The position numbers were made by a program, and so were the translations under genes. DNA of 49,034 nt, the filler included, from Streblomastix strix (Eukaryota), in assembly GCA_008636045.1 (NCBI GenBank). It is 2 parts of 2 records of this genome, joined end to end, with 100 filler letters (N's around TTAATTAATTAA, not from the genome) between each part and the next. Parts side by side here need not be neighbours in the genome. Positions count along the whole stretch, not along the records: positions 1 to 24,476 come from SNRW01000233.1; positions 24,577 to 49,034 come from SNRW01000234.1. One strand, written 5' to 3'. The notes below the pieces were generated by a model. That model was given only the letters and a program-made list of their open reading frames with translations, was not told the origin of the DNA and ran no database searches. Position 1 is the stretch's first letter; every line of letters begins with the position of its first letter. This document shows, in pieces, positions 15,001-28,159 of the stretch.

Positions 15001-18000
15001 TTCCTTCACCTTTCGCTGGTACTGCTTCTTATTATTTTACCTATTCAATAACTGGAATAACTTTATCTATTATTCCAAATGAACTTTTAATATCCTTTAA
15101 TTCCTTCTCAGCAGTTGATTTTACTTCAATGGGAGAAGGGATTTATATAGAACCTGTTTAAGTCTACATTATATCTTTATTTGATTGAAATGGAGTTATT
15201 ATAAGCGGATCAGGCAAAGGTTGATTTCCATATTTATTTAATCCTCCAACTTTTACTCCTTTTGGTAATGGTCTTCTCCCTCTCAATACTTCCATCTCAT
15301 TTTTCATTCTTTCTCTTTCATTGGAGAGATATAAGCGATATGTACTCATTCTTTCCTCAAAAATTGTTGTTTCTATTTAATAATTCTCAATAGCCATATC
15401 ATACTATCTTCTCTCTGCATCAGTCATGTCTTCATATACAGAGTCATTCACACAACAAACTCGCATCTTTGGAGGGGATTGCATAAATTGAGCTTACTCT
15501 TTCTTAATTCTTGTTAAAAGTCTAGCTCGGCATACAGCAGCAGGTGTATCAAGTAAAAGAACTTACAGACGTTACATGCATGGCATAAGTGCACTCCTAA
15601 GCGCAAGTAATGAAGAATCAATAGATATTCCACAAACGCAAAGATTTGATAAAAATGAAGACTTTTAATTAAATAAAAATTCATTGTGGAGCGAAACAGA
15701 TTAAGATAGAAGACTGGGTTTGAAAACAACTTTTTCCTTCCTATTCCCCTTTCCCATCTTTTTATTTGATTATATTTGTTGTGTATTTTATTTCTCTTTT
15801 TCTTTTAAATTATCATTTTTAGTAAAATTATCCTTAATTATATCTTTATTTTATTTTTATGATTCTTTTTATATTGCATAAGAAGGCTTTTGAGGAATAG
15901 AAAGAGGAGTTATATCAACTCCAGCAATTTGAATGTCATCAAAGATAACTCCTTTCTTAACATCTCGCATTTCCATTCGTAATTTTATTAATTCGAAAAG
16001 AGTGGACTCGGCAAAGAAAAGATGACGAACCGCAGATGCAAATTCAGCTTCTTCAGCTGCCATTTTCTGAATAAATTGTTCATATGGGTCAGTTCTATTT
16101 GAATCTTTATCTAATTTTCCACTGGCATCCCTCTACTCAATTTGAGTCTATTAATTTGTTTAATCTTAAGATTGATTACTACTTTTTCCTGCTTTACTTC
16201 CTTAGTTCTATTATCCCCCTTTTGTAATCTGATCTCCTTTTCCTCCTTTTTCTTTATCACCAGAACCAATTTTCACAGATCCAATCTATCCTCCACTTCC
16301 AGATTATTATTTTTATCCAGATTTGCCTCCTTATCCTTTAGCTCCCTATTGCATTGCAGCTTAAGCAGCTGCTTCTTATTATGCTTAAAGTGCAGCAGAT
16401 TCAATGATATGCTCTAATTCTTCTTACTCTTTTTTTTGCCGTTCATGAATTTTACTCTTTTTTTCTTCATCTCTTTATATTTTGTATTATTTCTTCATTT
16501 CATTATAATATTTCTTTCGATTATCTTCCCTCTTCAAAATCAAATCTTCGTATTACAACGTTATTTTAAGTAATTCATCCCTCACTGTTGTGCACTTCTC
16601 AACAACAGCTCTCTATTTTGCATGCTCCTTTCTCCTCTCAACAATTGTTTTCTGAACATCACTCATTCCTTATGTTGATGGAAGACCCATCAATGGATCG
16701 TATTCTTTAAGCTTCTTCAACTTATCTTCTTTCTCTTTTAATTCTTTTTCTAATTATTCTTATGCAGCAGCTGCTAATAATGCAGCATTTTCTTTTTAAA
16801 TTTATGCTATGTTTGATGCCTTAGATGCTTTTGATGATGTTTATTTGTTTTGAGTTTAAGCACCTTTAGAAATTTACCCCCCAGCATTCCCTGGAGTAGT
16901 GTGTGCTGCTGATTATACAGACTGTAATACAGTTGCTTATTCCGCTTGTTGCTATGCAGCTTTTTATTCTTCATATTTGGCTTTAAGTTATTCAATATTT
17001 GGAATTTGGGGTGGTGGATGTGATGCAAATCGAGTAGGAAGAAATCCAGCAGAAGAAGCAATTGATGAAAAAGATTATTATGCAGATGAATGAAGACTCT
17101 TTAAGATCCTTTTCCCTCTGACTGTTTCAGAAATTGGTATATCATTAGAATCAATACCAATGTTTGGTGTTTTTTAGGAATCATTATAGTCTTATAAGTT
17201 GCTTGTTGTTACCTTCTACCCAACAATAATTACAGCACCTGGGCCATTAATAAGACCATCATTAATTAAATAAGTTTCTGGAAGAAGAGCATCTTTTGAA
17301 TCTTCAGCAACGAGTACAGCCCAAGCTAATACAGACTCCATTGTAATAACAGGAAGTTAAATTTACTCTCCTAATTCAGAAGCAAAAGTACTCTTTCCAC
17401 TGAGTGGAAGTCCAATAACTGCATAAACTGGCATAAATCTTGGAGGCGGTTAAGGAGGTTATGGTGGAAGTAATTATGCTGGTTGTTCTTCAATTAATGT
17501 TATTTATTCAGTAACTATTTGAGGTTCTTTAACTTCTTTTTTTTACTGTGTATTTATTCCAGTGCCAGTTGCACTTCCTGATTTTAATGCAGTTGAATTG
17601 ACTTTACTTGTTGCAGCTGAATTTTGCTAGTTATTTTTGGTTCCAACTGAAGAGCCAGCTTTTTATTAAATTATACCTTGAATTCCCGAGCTTTTATTTG
17701 TTCCTTTTGAAACTTTCTAAGGGATTTCATTAGCAGCAACTTAATTATTAGTTTCAGAAGGGTTACTAACAATGGGTGGAGGCTGAGAAGGTGGATCTGG
17801 GAGGTTTCTACTTCGAGGTTTTTGTGATTAAATGAACTAATCAAGTGAATAAGGATCTATAAAGTTAAATTAGGCTGGATTATGTTCTATTTCCTGTTTT
17901 TATGCATTATCTGATGGATCATTAATTCTATTCTTTGATGCAGGAGAAGAATTTCTCGAATCTTTTTAAGGATTTTCACCTTCATTTTAACCTATTTCTG

Positions 18001-21000
18001 GATTAATAATTATTTATGGCTTTTCATTCTAAGGGCTTTATTTATCAATATTCGCTTTTGTAAAGGTTCCATCAATTTGAGAATTTCCTGTATTTTAGAT
18101 TGAAATTAATTTTTATGAAGGAGAAGGAGCTAAAACAGGAAGTATATTGGGAGAGGAAGATATAGATGCAGAAGATGGATGTAATTAAGATGTCTGTGTC
18201 AATTATTATCCTATTGTAGCACAAACAGAAGAAGTAGATCCAATTTCTTATATTCCTTATGGCTATGGAAGAGTTTGAGGTTTCATTCTTCGTTCAAGGA
18301 TGTGTTTCTTCTCAAACTCTTCAATTAATTCTCTTGGTAGCGGATCTCCAGGTTAATGAAGTGGAATAAAAGCAATTCCTTCTTTTCCAAACTGTGGCAC
18401 TTCTCGCAATACTGCTTCTTCATACAAACATTGTCTATCAAATTCAGGACAAACAACTTCTACGGGAAATGATGAGAAGTTGCGTAAGGCCAAACGACAC
18501 TAAATTCCATTACTAAAAGGAAGTGAAGGAGGAATTGAGATGATTTCAGGAAATATTGCAAGATCGTATTCTTCAATTTATCCTTTAATATAGATGTATT
18601 TAGTATTATGGTTTGCATTAACTTTAAGGGGCATCTTTGCAGAATAATTTTTTAACCCAAGTTTAGCTTGAGGGATGAAAGTAATTGTCATATCTTAATA
18701 ATCACCCGGTGTTATTACTCCTTTTGAAGGTTCAAATTTTAACCAAGAATTAGTATTTGCACCATCAGTACTATTACGCATTCCCCAAGTAGCTGTTACA
18801 GTTAATGTATTTGTTAGTCTGATTGTAGCTTAAGCACATTGACCTATCTTAATTGTACCAAAGTCCAAACGATCAGTTGATAGTTCAACATCTGGAAGGC
18901 ATAATGTCGCTTATAATGCAACAAGCACAACTGGTCCTCCCTATACTATAATTGGAAGAATAGCTTCTATTAATCCACCTCCCATATTTGTTGGTGATTG
19001 ATTAGTTGATGATGTAGCTAAAGTCATTGCTGTCTCTTCTGAAAGGCCTGTAAATGTCACATTCACTTCTTACGCATCTCCTTCTGGCATACGACGGAAT
19101 TTTTCCTATGAAACCACAAATCCATTTTAGGAAACAAATTTCGCATCAATATCAACGTTGATTGGTTAGAATCCAGAATTCACTATTTTGAAGCTCCGTT
19201 TCTTTTATTAAGATGCCACAACGACACCAAAAGCACAAATATATCTCGTAAGTATAAAAGAATTTTTTGGCAATCTTAATATTAGACGTTTATCTTGAGG
19301 TATAATCTTTGGAGTAAATTCTTTTGATTATCTTTATGAAATTTATCTTAAAACACAAATTCTTTCAGATTCAGCATCAACCTCTGGATTGAAAACCGAA
19401 AATGGATTCACACTCCCAGGCATTTAAGATTATGCAGCTCCAAGAATTTGTGAAATAGCGCGTGATGAAGAAAGAGTCATTCCAAATCCACCTCCCATTG
19501 TTCCTCCCAATCTTGAATTGAATGACGCTGATAATGAATTTAATGTTCCACTACCAGACCTTTGACTAACAGTTCCACTGAGTGACTGAAGTGCTGATGA
19601 CAATAATATCTGACTCTTGGATAGCACCATTTCATTTTATCTTCCTAATGCATGAGCTTGCATAGCAGCTGCTGTAGCTTCTTGTGATGCTTTGGCTTCT
19701 ACAAGTGCTTTAACAGCTAACATCAATGATGCCCTGAGTTATGTAGGAGGAGGAGAATTGAAGTGCCATGAAGTAGCTGTTGTTGCTCTTAAAGATTAAC
19801 TCATCTCTTTATTCTCATATCCTTATTCTTTTTAGATTAATGCTTCCTTACTATCTGTATTCTTATTTATTTCTTATTCAAGTATATGATCAAAATCAAT
19901 TTATTCAAAACTTCCAGCAAAATCTGGATCAATTAACTATTCTATATGTGGAAGAAGAGTTCGAAGTTATAATGAATCTGGTTTAAAAGTGTCTATTAAA
20001 AGTTTGGCTTCTTTCATTACAATACGCATTCCTTCATTATCAGTCTGCCTAGTCAATCCTACACTTAATCTATTAAATATTCCCTTTCCATACAATGTTA
20101 ATGTTTATTTCTCAAACCCTTCAACACAAATATCCATGAATGCTAATGATATTTCAGGAGCACGAGGTGTGAATTTTAAGGAAATCTTCTATCTTTAATT
20201 CCCTTTCAATCTTCCTTGTATTGGCCAAGCGCTGAAAACACCATCATGAATTTCAGCATTTGGAACAAAACCATATAAAAATGGCTGCATCTCTGTAGAT
20301 TATCCAATGTTAATTTTTGGTTTCTTTATCTTTGATTAGCGTCTATCTGTTTTCTTCTTGATTTCTGGTTGTGATATATCTTATGCTTTATCAAGTTTAA
20401 TTCCAGATTCTTTATTTTAGATTTAAATATTCAATTAGTCATTTTTTTGATTAGCAGATTTTAAAATCTATTTGTTTCCTGTTTGATTCTCTTTTTGTTC
20501 AGTTGACGAATCTGTATTAATTTAGTTAATTTGAGAAACTTTACCATTCGGCCATCGTGGAGGCAAAAGAGTAAAATCAATTGGAACAGTTCCATTATTC
20601 ACAATATAAGTTTCTGCAATTCCTTCTTATCCAATAAGAACACGTTAAAAGTCAAAATTACGAATATCAACAGTATAATTAATAAGCGAAGAAGATCCAA
20701 TAACAGCCACTTCATATTGTGGACCACCTTAAACTTCGCAAACAGCGACTGTATTCACTTTAACTCCAAGCATTCCAACCATCGTAAAGCTAATTGATAT
20801 TGTCTCTCCAGGAGAAAGATCGAAATTATTTGGAGCAATATCTATAACAAGAGGAAGAAGATTTTGCATTCTCTATTATTCTTCAAATGCTGTTGTATCG
20901 AGATTATTCTAATGTGCATCAAGTTAATATTATTCATTCTTTTCAATTTAAAATCCCGGAATAAATTATTCAGATGCAGCTCTATCGTTATCCAAAGCAA

Positions 21001-24000
21001 TATTTTATCCTTCATTTAAGTTCATCTTAATATTTTATTTTTCTGAGTTGAGAAGAGGTTGGGGTTTCAAAGAAATATCATCTTGTGGAAAATTAAGACG
21101 ATGAGAGAAAATCCATTTTGCATGTACGTCTAATGCACTATTGTTAATTACGTTTATTGAGAGAGATTTCTTGGTATCAGCAAGAACGCATCCAAAATCA
21201 ACTTTATTCTGCAAAATTTTTAAATTTGGATATTAAACTTCAGCAGTTAAATCAATTTAATCTTTATGTGTGTGATTCTCAAATGAAAAATGAAGCTTAT
21301 CTTTAAAAATGTGTGATTGAAGATCATGCTTGAATAAACCATCAAAAAGAACTTCAATCTCCGATGTACCGCGTGGAGGTATTACAATTGAATCAGTCGG
21401 AATAACTGAAAATGGAGCATTAAATTTAAGATCAGATTTTACTGTTAATTCTGTTGTATTTCGAATGTGGAGCTTCTTTCCTTGTTATGATTCATTTGGG
21501 TTATCAACCGAATTCCAGAGATATGAAAATGATCTTGGAGTAAGTTCAAGTAAAGGAAGCTGAAAGTGCACCTTAATTAGTGTATCAAATAGTACTGCAG
21601 CTTAAGATCTTCCAGCAGAATTCTTACATTACCACCTCTCATTAATTATTCCAATTCGATCTCCTATTCCTTGGACAGAAAATATTCCTTCTTATCCTGG
21701 TTATAGTGTTAATCGTTATGGAACTATAGCGAAGATAGGGTTATATTCAAGGGATTATGTATTATCTGTTTTTCTATTATCATCCGTACTACTAAGATTA
21801 TCAAGAGGAGTTGGCTTCATAGGATTTGAGTTATTCTTCTTTCCATCATTCTCATACATTCCAAAAGATGCAGTAACTGCAGCTCCAGCTTCAGAGCGCG
21901 CTTTTTATCTTTCTGCGCGATCATTTTCCAATTATTGCTTTATCTCAGCAGCAGTTTTCTTAATTACAATCCATTATAAAACCTACGCTTATTTTCCTCT
22001 ATTACTTAATACAAATTCCATCATTAAAGGCCGTTAAGTGAATTAATAACCAAAATTAAATGAAGCCATATCGCTAACAGAAGAAAAAATTGTTGAACCA
22101 AAACCAGATGCTACAAGAGGAATTAGAAAATCTTAAGAAGCATCTGTGACAATTACATTCATTGTATCGGTAAACTTAATTGCATCTCGAAGTACACAAT
22201 GAATGTTAACAACAACATCACCACCAGGAGGAATTTCACCTTAGGAAATATCAGGTTTGAATACTGCATCTTTTCTTTTACAATAAATACGATATATTGC
22301 AGGAACTGTAGATTCATTGTGAATACAAATACTTTAAATATGATCCAATATTACTTAAACTTCCCCAAAATCAATTAATTTTCGATCAAATGTTAATTTA
22401 GGTCCCAGAGCTGTCATTGTGAGATTGAATCTAATTGGTTAATCATTTCCAACAATTCGAAAGAAGAATGGGAGTTCTATTGGACCAAGTCTCTCAGCTA
22501 TCACTCTTAGAACAACTGTAGTCTTAGATTGAGGCGCTAATGATGCTTTTGTATTCATTGCACTAATTGATGCCAATGAAAGCAAAGCTTCTTCTTCTGG
22601 TATTAATTCATATGTGGCATAAAGACCTGTTTTATTGCAAAATTCAAAAGTGGGGTTGTATTCTGTACGATAATATATCTCTCCAAGTTCAATTAAAGTT
22701 TAACTGGATGTAATGGTTGGGACAAGTGCATGAGCTTCAATTGGCAAAAGAAGGGCATTTTTACCAATTTCATCTATATCAACATGCATAACAGTTTCAT
22801 ACCTTTAAATCTTAGCTGGAATAAAATCAATACAAATATTTACAGATTCCTAAGGTTATAATGTTCCATCTTGTGGTGAAGCCTAAAATTCTTTTGTTAA
22901 AAATGTTCCATCATCAAAACGAGTGTGAAAAGTAAGTGGAATTTCAGATGTATTTCTAAGTTCTACTGTTTTCTTTGCTAAATATCCAAATGAACACTAT
23001 CCATAATTTACTCCATTTAGATTAAATTCAACTGTCGGAGGTAAGACAGATCCTCGTACATTTGTTTTTAATATTAAAGGGGATCCTTCTATTTGAAATG
23101 CAGCTGTTTCTAAGAATTAACCAACACATTCTGGATAAAAATGAACTTTAAGTAGAATTTATTCGTGAGGTGGAATCATCCCATATTCTGGATCAAAGAT
23201 AAGTGCAGGTCATGATAATTTCTATAATGGTGGATATACTGGAATATTCCCCTAACTATTTGAAGAAGATGATGAATATTACTGTAATGATGATTTCTAT
23301 TATTATTATTATTATGCTAATTACAGTTCCATTGGAGGTCTGAATTCCTATTTCTAAAGAGCAAGTTCAAGAGATGTAGATGGAGAAGGGAGAATTGAGA
23401 AATGTGCATCGATTTCTCCTTTGTTCTACAAATAGAATTTATATTCATATCCAGTCTTTAATAATACTTCACCAGTATCAACTGTATCATAAGTAAGTTA
23501 TACTAGAGGCCCAACACCTATTCCATCTAATTTAAGTTATAGGGGCTCTTATTTCCCAGTAATATCACATAGAGCTGTAAAAATAGAAAAGAAAATAAAT
23601 AAATCATTACAGAAATTAAATAAATCCTCAAATTACCTGTAGAAATCCATTAACCAGCTGTAGGAGGAGAAAAGGTTACAACGAAGTTTCCTTAGGATGA
23701 AGGCCAAAGCTCTCCTTCACTTGGACTTATGCTAAAAGGAGATGTTGATACATTTATCTTTGATTCTTCTTAATTGTCAAAACTATATGGATATGGATTA
23801 GTAAAAGGAGTTGGAGTTGAACTTGGTGTGAAATGGGGATCATTTTCATCTTATTTATTGAATTTGCCGTTTGAAATGAGTTTTAATTATTAAGGTGTGA
23901 ATTGATCTACATTTAAATTCTATAAATATTTCTAAGCAGCAGTGATTGGAGGTTCAAGTATTGTGGGATCATGTGTATTGCTGTTTGGTTTTTGGTTGAA

Positions 24001-24476
24001 TATCCACTTATATTAAATCCTAATATCTGAATTATTGATTAGTTTTACTATTCTTTGTGATTATTTACTTATGAAAGAAGGCTCACAGGTGAGCTCTTTT
24101 TCACTAAGATAAATCTCAACATCTGAAGCACTTCCACTCAAAAGAACTTTCTTATCTAAGATTTTCCCATTAATAGCAATTTATAGAGGAATTTTATTGA
24201 ATAAAGCACATTGCTATATTACATATAATAATATTAAATAATGTTATTTATAAAAAATGAAGAAATAATACCTCTGGTGAGAAAAATATTTCAAGTTGGA
24301 TATGTTCTCCACTTTGAAGTGTTCCTGTTGGTGGAGAAACAGTGAATGGAATCGATGTATGGAAGACAAATGAAATAGGATATTATTCTTGATTCCGGAT
24401 TAATAATGTTTTACTTGTAGAATAATGAACTGGAGATCGTGGGAAAATTATTTCTTCTGGAAGTCCAAGCTAGCTC
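83..24476 (-). CDS. HYDIN: HYDIN-like axonemal central-pair protein, 5'-truncated by the contig end; exons 24476-24272, 24213-23637 and 23574-83; >=8,090 aa with TAA/TAG=Gln
   Basis: Eight minus-strand track ORFs (ending at 503, 5135, 7631, 8741, 9830, 15164, 15869, 19430) share one frame with the TGA at 85-83. Manual translation gives Hydin-type segments: 5' part ASLGLPEEIIFPRSPVHYSTSKTLLIRN, ALCDITGKQEPLQLKLDGIGVGP, ASH-like repeats (FGTLRV, VKNTKRFYVVNPT-like, FTSEEAGNFVYSL), P-loop GLPLSGKST and C-terminus KWIYYLKAIT*. Confidence 0.93.
17387..17413 (-). other. P-loop (GLPLSGKST) of the Hydin adenylate-kinase-like domain
   Basis: In-frame translation YAVIGLPLSGKSTFASELG; Hydins carry a comparable GxPxSGK motif. 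Confidence 0.8.
23575..23636 (-). other. Spliceosomal intron in HYDIN (62 nt, phase 1)
   Basis: Minus strand reads GTAATT...TTTTACAG; removal joins WIST-A-LCDITG and restores the frame of the terminal exon. Confidence 0.9.
24214..24271 (-). other. Spliceosomal intron in HYDIN (58 nt, phase 0)
   Basis: Minus strand reads GTATTA...AATATAG; removal joins FFSPE to QCALFNK. The intervening exon is 577 nt (3n+1), matching the phase of the next intron. Confidence 0.88.
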
Positions 24477-24576
24477 NNNNNNNNNNNNNNNNNNNNNNNN
24501 NNNNNNNNNNNNNNNNNNNNTTAATTAATTAANNNNNNNNNNNNNNNNNNNNNNNNNNNNNNNNNNNNNNNNNNNN
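24477..24576. other. Artificial contig-joining spacer
   Basis: 44 N + TTAATTAATTAA + 44 N = exactly 100 nt; an all-frame stop linker under the standard code. Confidence 0.97.
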
Positions 24577-24942
24577 GTGATGTAAAAAGAAGCCTGCCTG
24601 AGAATTTTAAAATCATTACAATTATTCATAACAATAATTCCTATTAATTAATCCGGCACAAAGCAACCTATCCAAATATCTGTTCTGATTGCTCCATACA
24701 ATTGTTCCACATAATTACTTTGAAGTATGAAATTTAATCATAGACAATTATTTTGAAGTATGAAATTTAATCATAAACAACAAAAAAGAATAATCAAAAT
24801 GTATAATTTTATTAAATAATTATATAACAATCCTATAAAATATCTCTTATAATTCGCCAATATAATTAAAAGATAATAGTTTACATTCCGAATAAGTTTT
24901 TTAAGTTTTTGATTCGAGGGCAGGCTTCATTTTACATCACTA
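24577..24942. mobile_element. Non-autonomous TIR element (MITE), hAT-like termini
   Basis: GTGATGTAAAAAGAAGCCTGCC at 24577 versus the reverse complement of 24919-24940, GTGATGTAAAATGAAGCCTGCC (21/22). The right end extends to TAGTGATG. It contains a 33-bp tandem duplication (~24713-24780). The left flank lies in the gap, so no TSD can be checked. Confidence 0.75.
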
Positions 24943-25030
24943 CTATTATTTCTAATTTTGAATCAATTTTTTGGTTATTTCTTATATGTTTATTATTTTA
25001 TTAATTTGATTTTTTTATTGAATATAAAAA

Positions 25031-25750
25031 ATGAATAGATTTTTAATGAAAGTCACATATTTGCAACAAACAAGAACCATTGTAAAACTTTGCTGGGAAA
25101 CGTATTTATTCCATTCAATTAAAATGAAATCATCAGTATTCTATCAAAGAAACTTAACCAGATTCATAAATGCCAGCTATATTTAATAAAGAAATAGTCA
25201 AAAATTTGTCTAATGCAGATCACGACACTACATGGATTTATAACTCGTTCTTATCGTTAGTGCTAACGGCTAATATCTAACTTGAAGATAAATTTGATAA
25301 AATTGACGACTCATATAAAGACAGATTTGTTCTATTTGTAGGTCACAAATCACGATCAAATCTTTTTCTATTGTTTGAGGCCACTGATGAATATGATGAA
25401 GCTTTAAAATCTCCAAAAAATTATAGTTACAAGGAGATTTAATCTTTACACTGATTTTACAAGTATTTTAGTTAAGATTTAATATGAGAGGAATAGCAAC
25501 GATTCATTAATTTTCGATTACTTATATATTTAGGATTAAAACACTTCTATTGAACAAAGATGATTATCAATATATCAAAAAGTTACAGATTCATCATTTT
25601 TTGTAAATATTAATGAAAAGTGAGCACCATCTCAAATTTTTTGCATAAATCATGATATATTTTAGTAATTCTCACTAGATACTGAAGGAAGCTGTATATA
25701 CTATACAAATCATAAATTTGTTGAAGTTTTTGGACCACTTACAAGATAAG
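25031..25750 (+). pseudogene. Putative Polinton-like virus major capsid protein, internally deleted and frameshifted
   Basis: Code-6 translation: ADHDTTWIYNSFLSLVLTANIQLEDKFDKIDDSYKDRFVLFVGHKS fused to SNLFLLFEATDEYDEAL, then in other frames TRRFNLYTDF, YERNSN, QNTSIE, GSCIYYTNHKFVEV. These match my recollection of the N- and C-terminal parts of a multicopy oxymonad endogenous-virus capsid family; not confirmed by search. Confidence 0.6.
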
Positions 25751-26014
25751 CATTAATTAACGAAAAAATTAATTAAATAGGCAATGGAATAATCAATGAA
25801 TCAAATTACAAAAAAAATTGACAGATTTTATTTTCATTTTTTTATTTATTTAATTATTTATTTATACATATAACTATCAGCTTAAATATTAATAATATTA
25901 TTAACTATACATGTTAGTAGTTATATATCCATTAATTTTTTTATTAATATTTCTTAATAAATAGCTTTGAATATTTCTTAAGCTTAAACATAAAATATTA
26001 AGTTTTAACATAAA

Positions 26015-26367
26015 ATGGTGATATTATTATCGCAAAAAATCCCTAAAATGGCTTTAATAATGGAGCTTGGTTTGCGTTGCCATATGACTTTGTTAGTTCG
26101 ATTAATTAAAGAAAAATAATATTTTGATAATGTCATTGCAAAATATAAAGAATTTCTGTTTGTGGCTCAATAATTCAAGAAGAATAATATCTCAATTCAC
26201 TTGTTGGCATTAGTAATGAATAATGTGTTCATAAGTCATTTACTTTATATGATCATAATAAATATTTGTACGTATAGTTCCGTTAAAGTTAAGAGTTATT
26301 AGATATAAATTAATAAATAAATTAATTATAACTAAAATTTACTTTTGAATTGATGCATGAAAATTGA
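26015..26367 (+). pseudogene. Putative minor capsid (penton) remnant, internally deleted
   Basis: Fragments NGFNNGAWFALPYDF, ISVCGSI..LVGISNEQ..FTLYD and C-terminal FELMHEN*; lies next to the capsid remnant. The call is from recalled family motifs. Confidence 0.4.
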
Positions 26368-26595
26368 CATAAATAAATTTCTGGGACAAAAACGTCCTAG
26401 CAGATTGATGCTCATATTTATGATCAAATAATTGGTCAACTTTATGAGCTGAATTAGTCTAACAAGTAAATACAAATTAATGTTCAAACTAAAATGCTTT
26501 TTTATAGAAAAATAATAAAATTAATTTTACTAAATAAAATTAGTAAAAAATAAATAGATTTATTTTTTGAAATCTAACTTTTTATCACATATGAA

Positions 26596-27290
26596 ATGGA
26601 ACAAGTAAATACTACCGTTAAAATTTCAAATATTAATATTCGTATCTGCTAAAAGTTCATATTGTGGATTAAAAATGCTTATTAAATCGGATGATAATTA
26701 CATTTATGCTTCAAATTTTTGCGAATAATAAAGTAAATAATTTAGAAAATATAAAGTAGTGACAATTTAAAAGAGTATTATTGAAAATAAATGATGCAAT
26801 TCGAGTCCGTATAAAAGTTCTTTTGATAGTTAATGTATTGAATTAATAAAGAATAGGATAATGAATATAAAAATTATTCTATTAACCAAATTTTAAATAA
26901 ATTTAATTATTTTTTATTTACATCATTATTTTATTAATGATTTTTTCTAAATTATATAAATGTTTTAGTAATTTTTATATATAAAAACTGCAAATTATCT
27001 ATAAATTGTAGTTCTATTTTTTGGCAAATTGATTTCTGAATAAACAGATAGTGATTGTAGTTATTTTGGATTAAATAGCAGTAATAAATTTATTTAAAAA
27101 AATGTAATAGAAATAAAATGAAAATAAATAGTTAGAAACTAGAATTGTTCCGGAAAGTTATTAAATACATAATATATTAGTTTTTAAAATTGAAGATGAC
27201 AGTTGGATGAAAAAGTAGTTCTAAATATTAGAAGAGAAAAAAAATATTGTACAAATAATAAATTAATGAAAGAATTTAAAGAAAATTTAT
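26596..27290 (+). pseudogene. KilA-N domain protein remnant
   Basis: SYCGLKMLIKSDDNYIYASNFCEQQSKQFRK resembles the KilA-N core (..I.R..DGYINATKLC..). A downstream fragment ENKQLETRIVPES may be the C-terminal part. Frameshifted. Confidence 0.6.
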
Positions 27291-27745
27291 TATTTTTCGA
27301 TAAAATACTTTTATGTATGTCAATAAATTATGAAATAAAAGATCAGTTAAAGCAAATATTTAGAAACTAAAAAAAATTCATAAGTTTAAATATATTTCAA
27401 AACAAAAATTAATGGATGATATCTTTAATTTTATAGAACTCAAGATGAGAGACAAATGAACTAAAAATTTATTTTTTATGTCGAAATAAAATGACAAGAA
27501 TTTTATTTGATAGCAGAAAAACTAATAAATTTTCTTCGAAATTGCAAATAGAACAAGACGAATAGAATGAAAAATTGCAAATAATGAAGATTTACGTATA
27601 GATTAATAGAACTAAATATTTTGAGAACATAAGAAGTTTCTAATAATTTATATAAAATATTTAATAATAATTATCTATACTAATCATATATAAATCAAAC
27701 AAATTAGAAGATAATAAATTTTAAAAAATGTAAGGTTAAGTATAT

Positions 27746-28159
27746 GGCCATTTTTCATCACAACCAATAGTCTATAAATTTTTTAATATTTAAATTTAAA
27801 ATAATTTTAGTAGTAAAAGTCACAAATTATATATATGTCAAAATAGCCTAGACATAAAATAGATATTTTTAAATTAATTTTTTTTCGACTTTACGATCAA
27901 TGATGCATTTTAAATTTGTTTACTATTTTTAAAATTGTGAATGTTAATTATATTTAATTATATAAAAATTTAGTTAAATTTCATTCTCATAAAAAAATAA
28001 AAAATTTGAATTTTTAAATTTTTAAATTTTTAAACAAAAAAATATTTTTTGTCTAGACAGTTTTGACATATATATAATTTGTGACTTTTACTACTAAAAT
28101 TATTTTAAATTAAAATATAAAAAAAATTTATAGACTATTGGTTGTGATGAAAATTGCCC
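27746..28159. mobile_element. MITE with ~125-bp TIRs (GG...CC ends, Mutator-like)
   Basis: GGCCATTTTTCATCACAACCAATAGTCTATAAATT...TAGTAGTAAAAGTCACAAATTATATATATGTCAAAA recurs inverted at ~28040-28159. Flanks AAGTATAT / AAATATAA match 6/8. Confidence 0.88.

Noticed and set aside
537..21563. Plus-strand and off-frame minus-strand ORFs in the track within contig 1
   Set aside because: They are shadows of the Hydin frame and carry no recognisable motifs.
83..23574. Hydin as a pseudogene full of stop codons
   Set aside because: The apparent stops examined are all TAA/TAG, they intermix with CAA in poly-Q tracts, and the frame is preserved over 23 kb.
24521..24532. TTAATTAATTAA palindrome as a biological site
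   Set aside because: It is the centre of the synthetic N spacer.
25900..25930. AGTAGTTATA at ~25916 as another Polinton-type terminus
   Set aside because: No inverted partner was found, and the match is too short for such AT-rich DNA.
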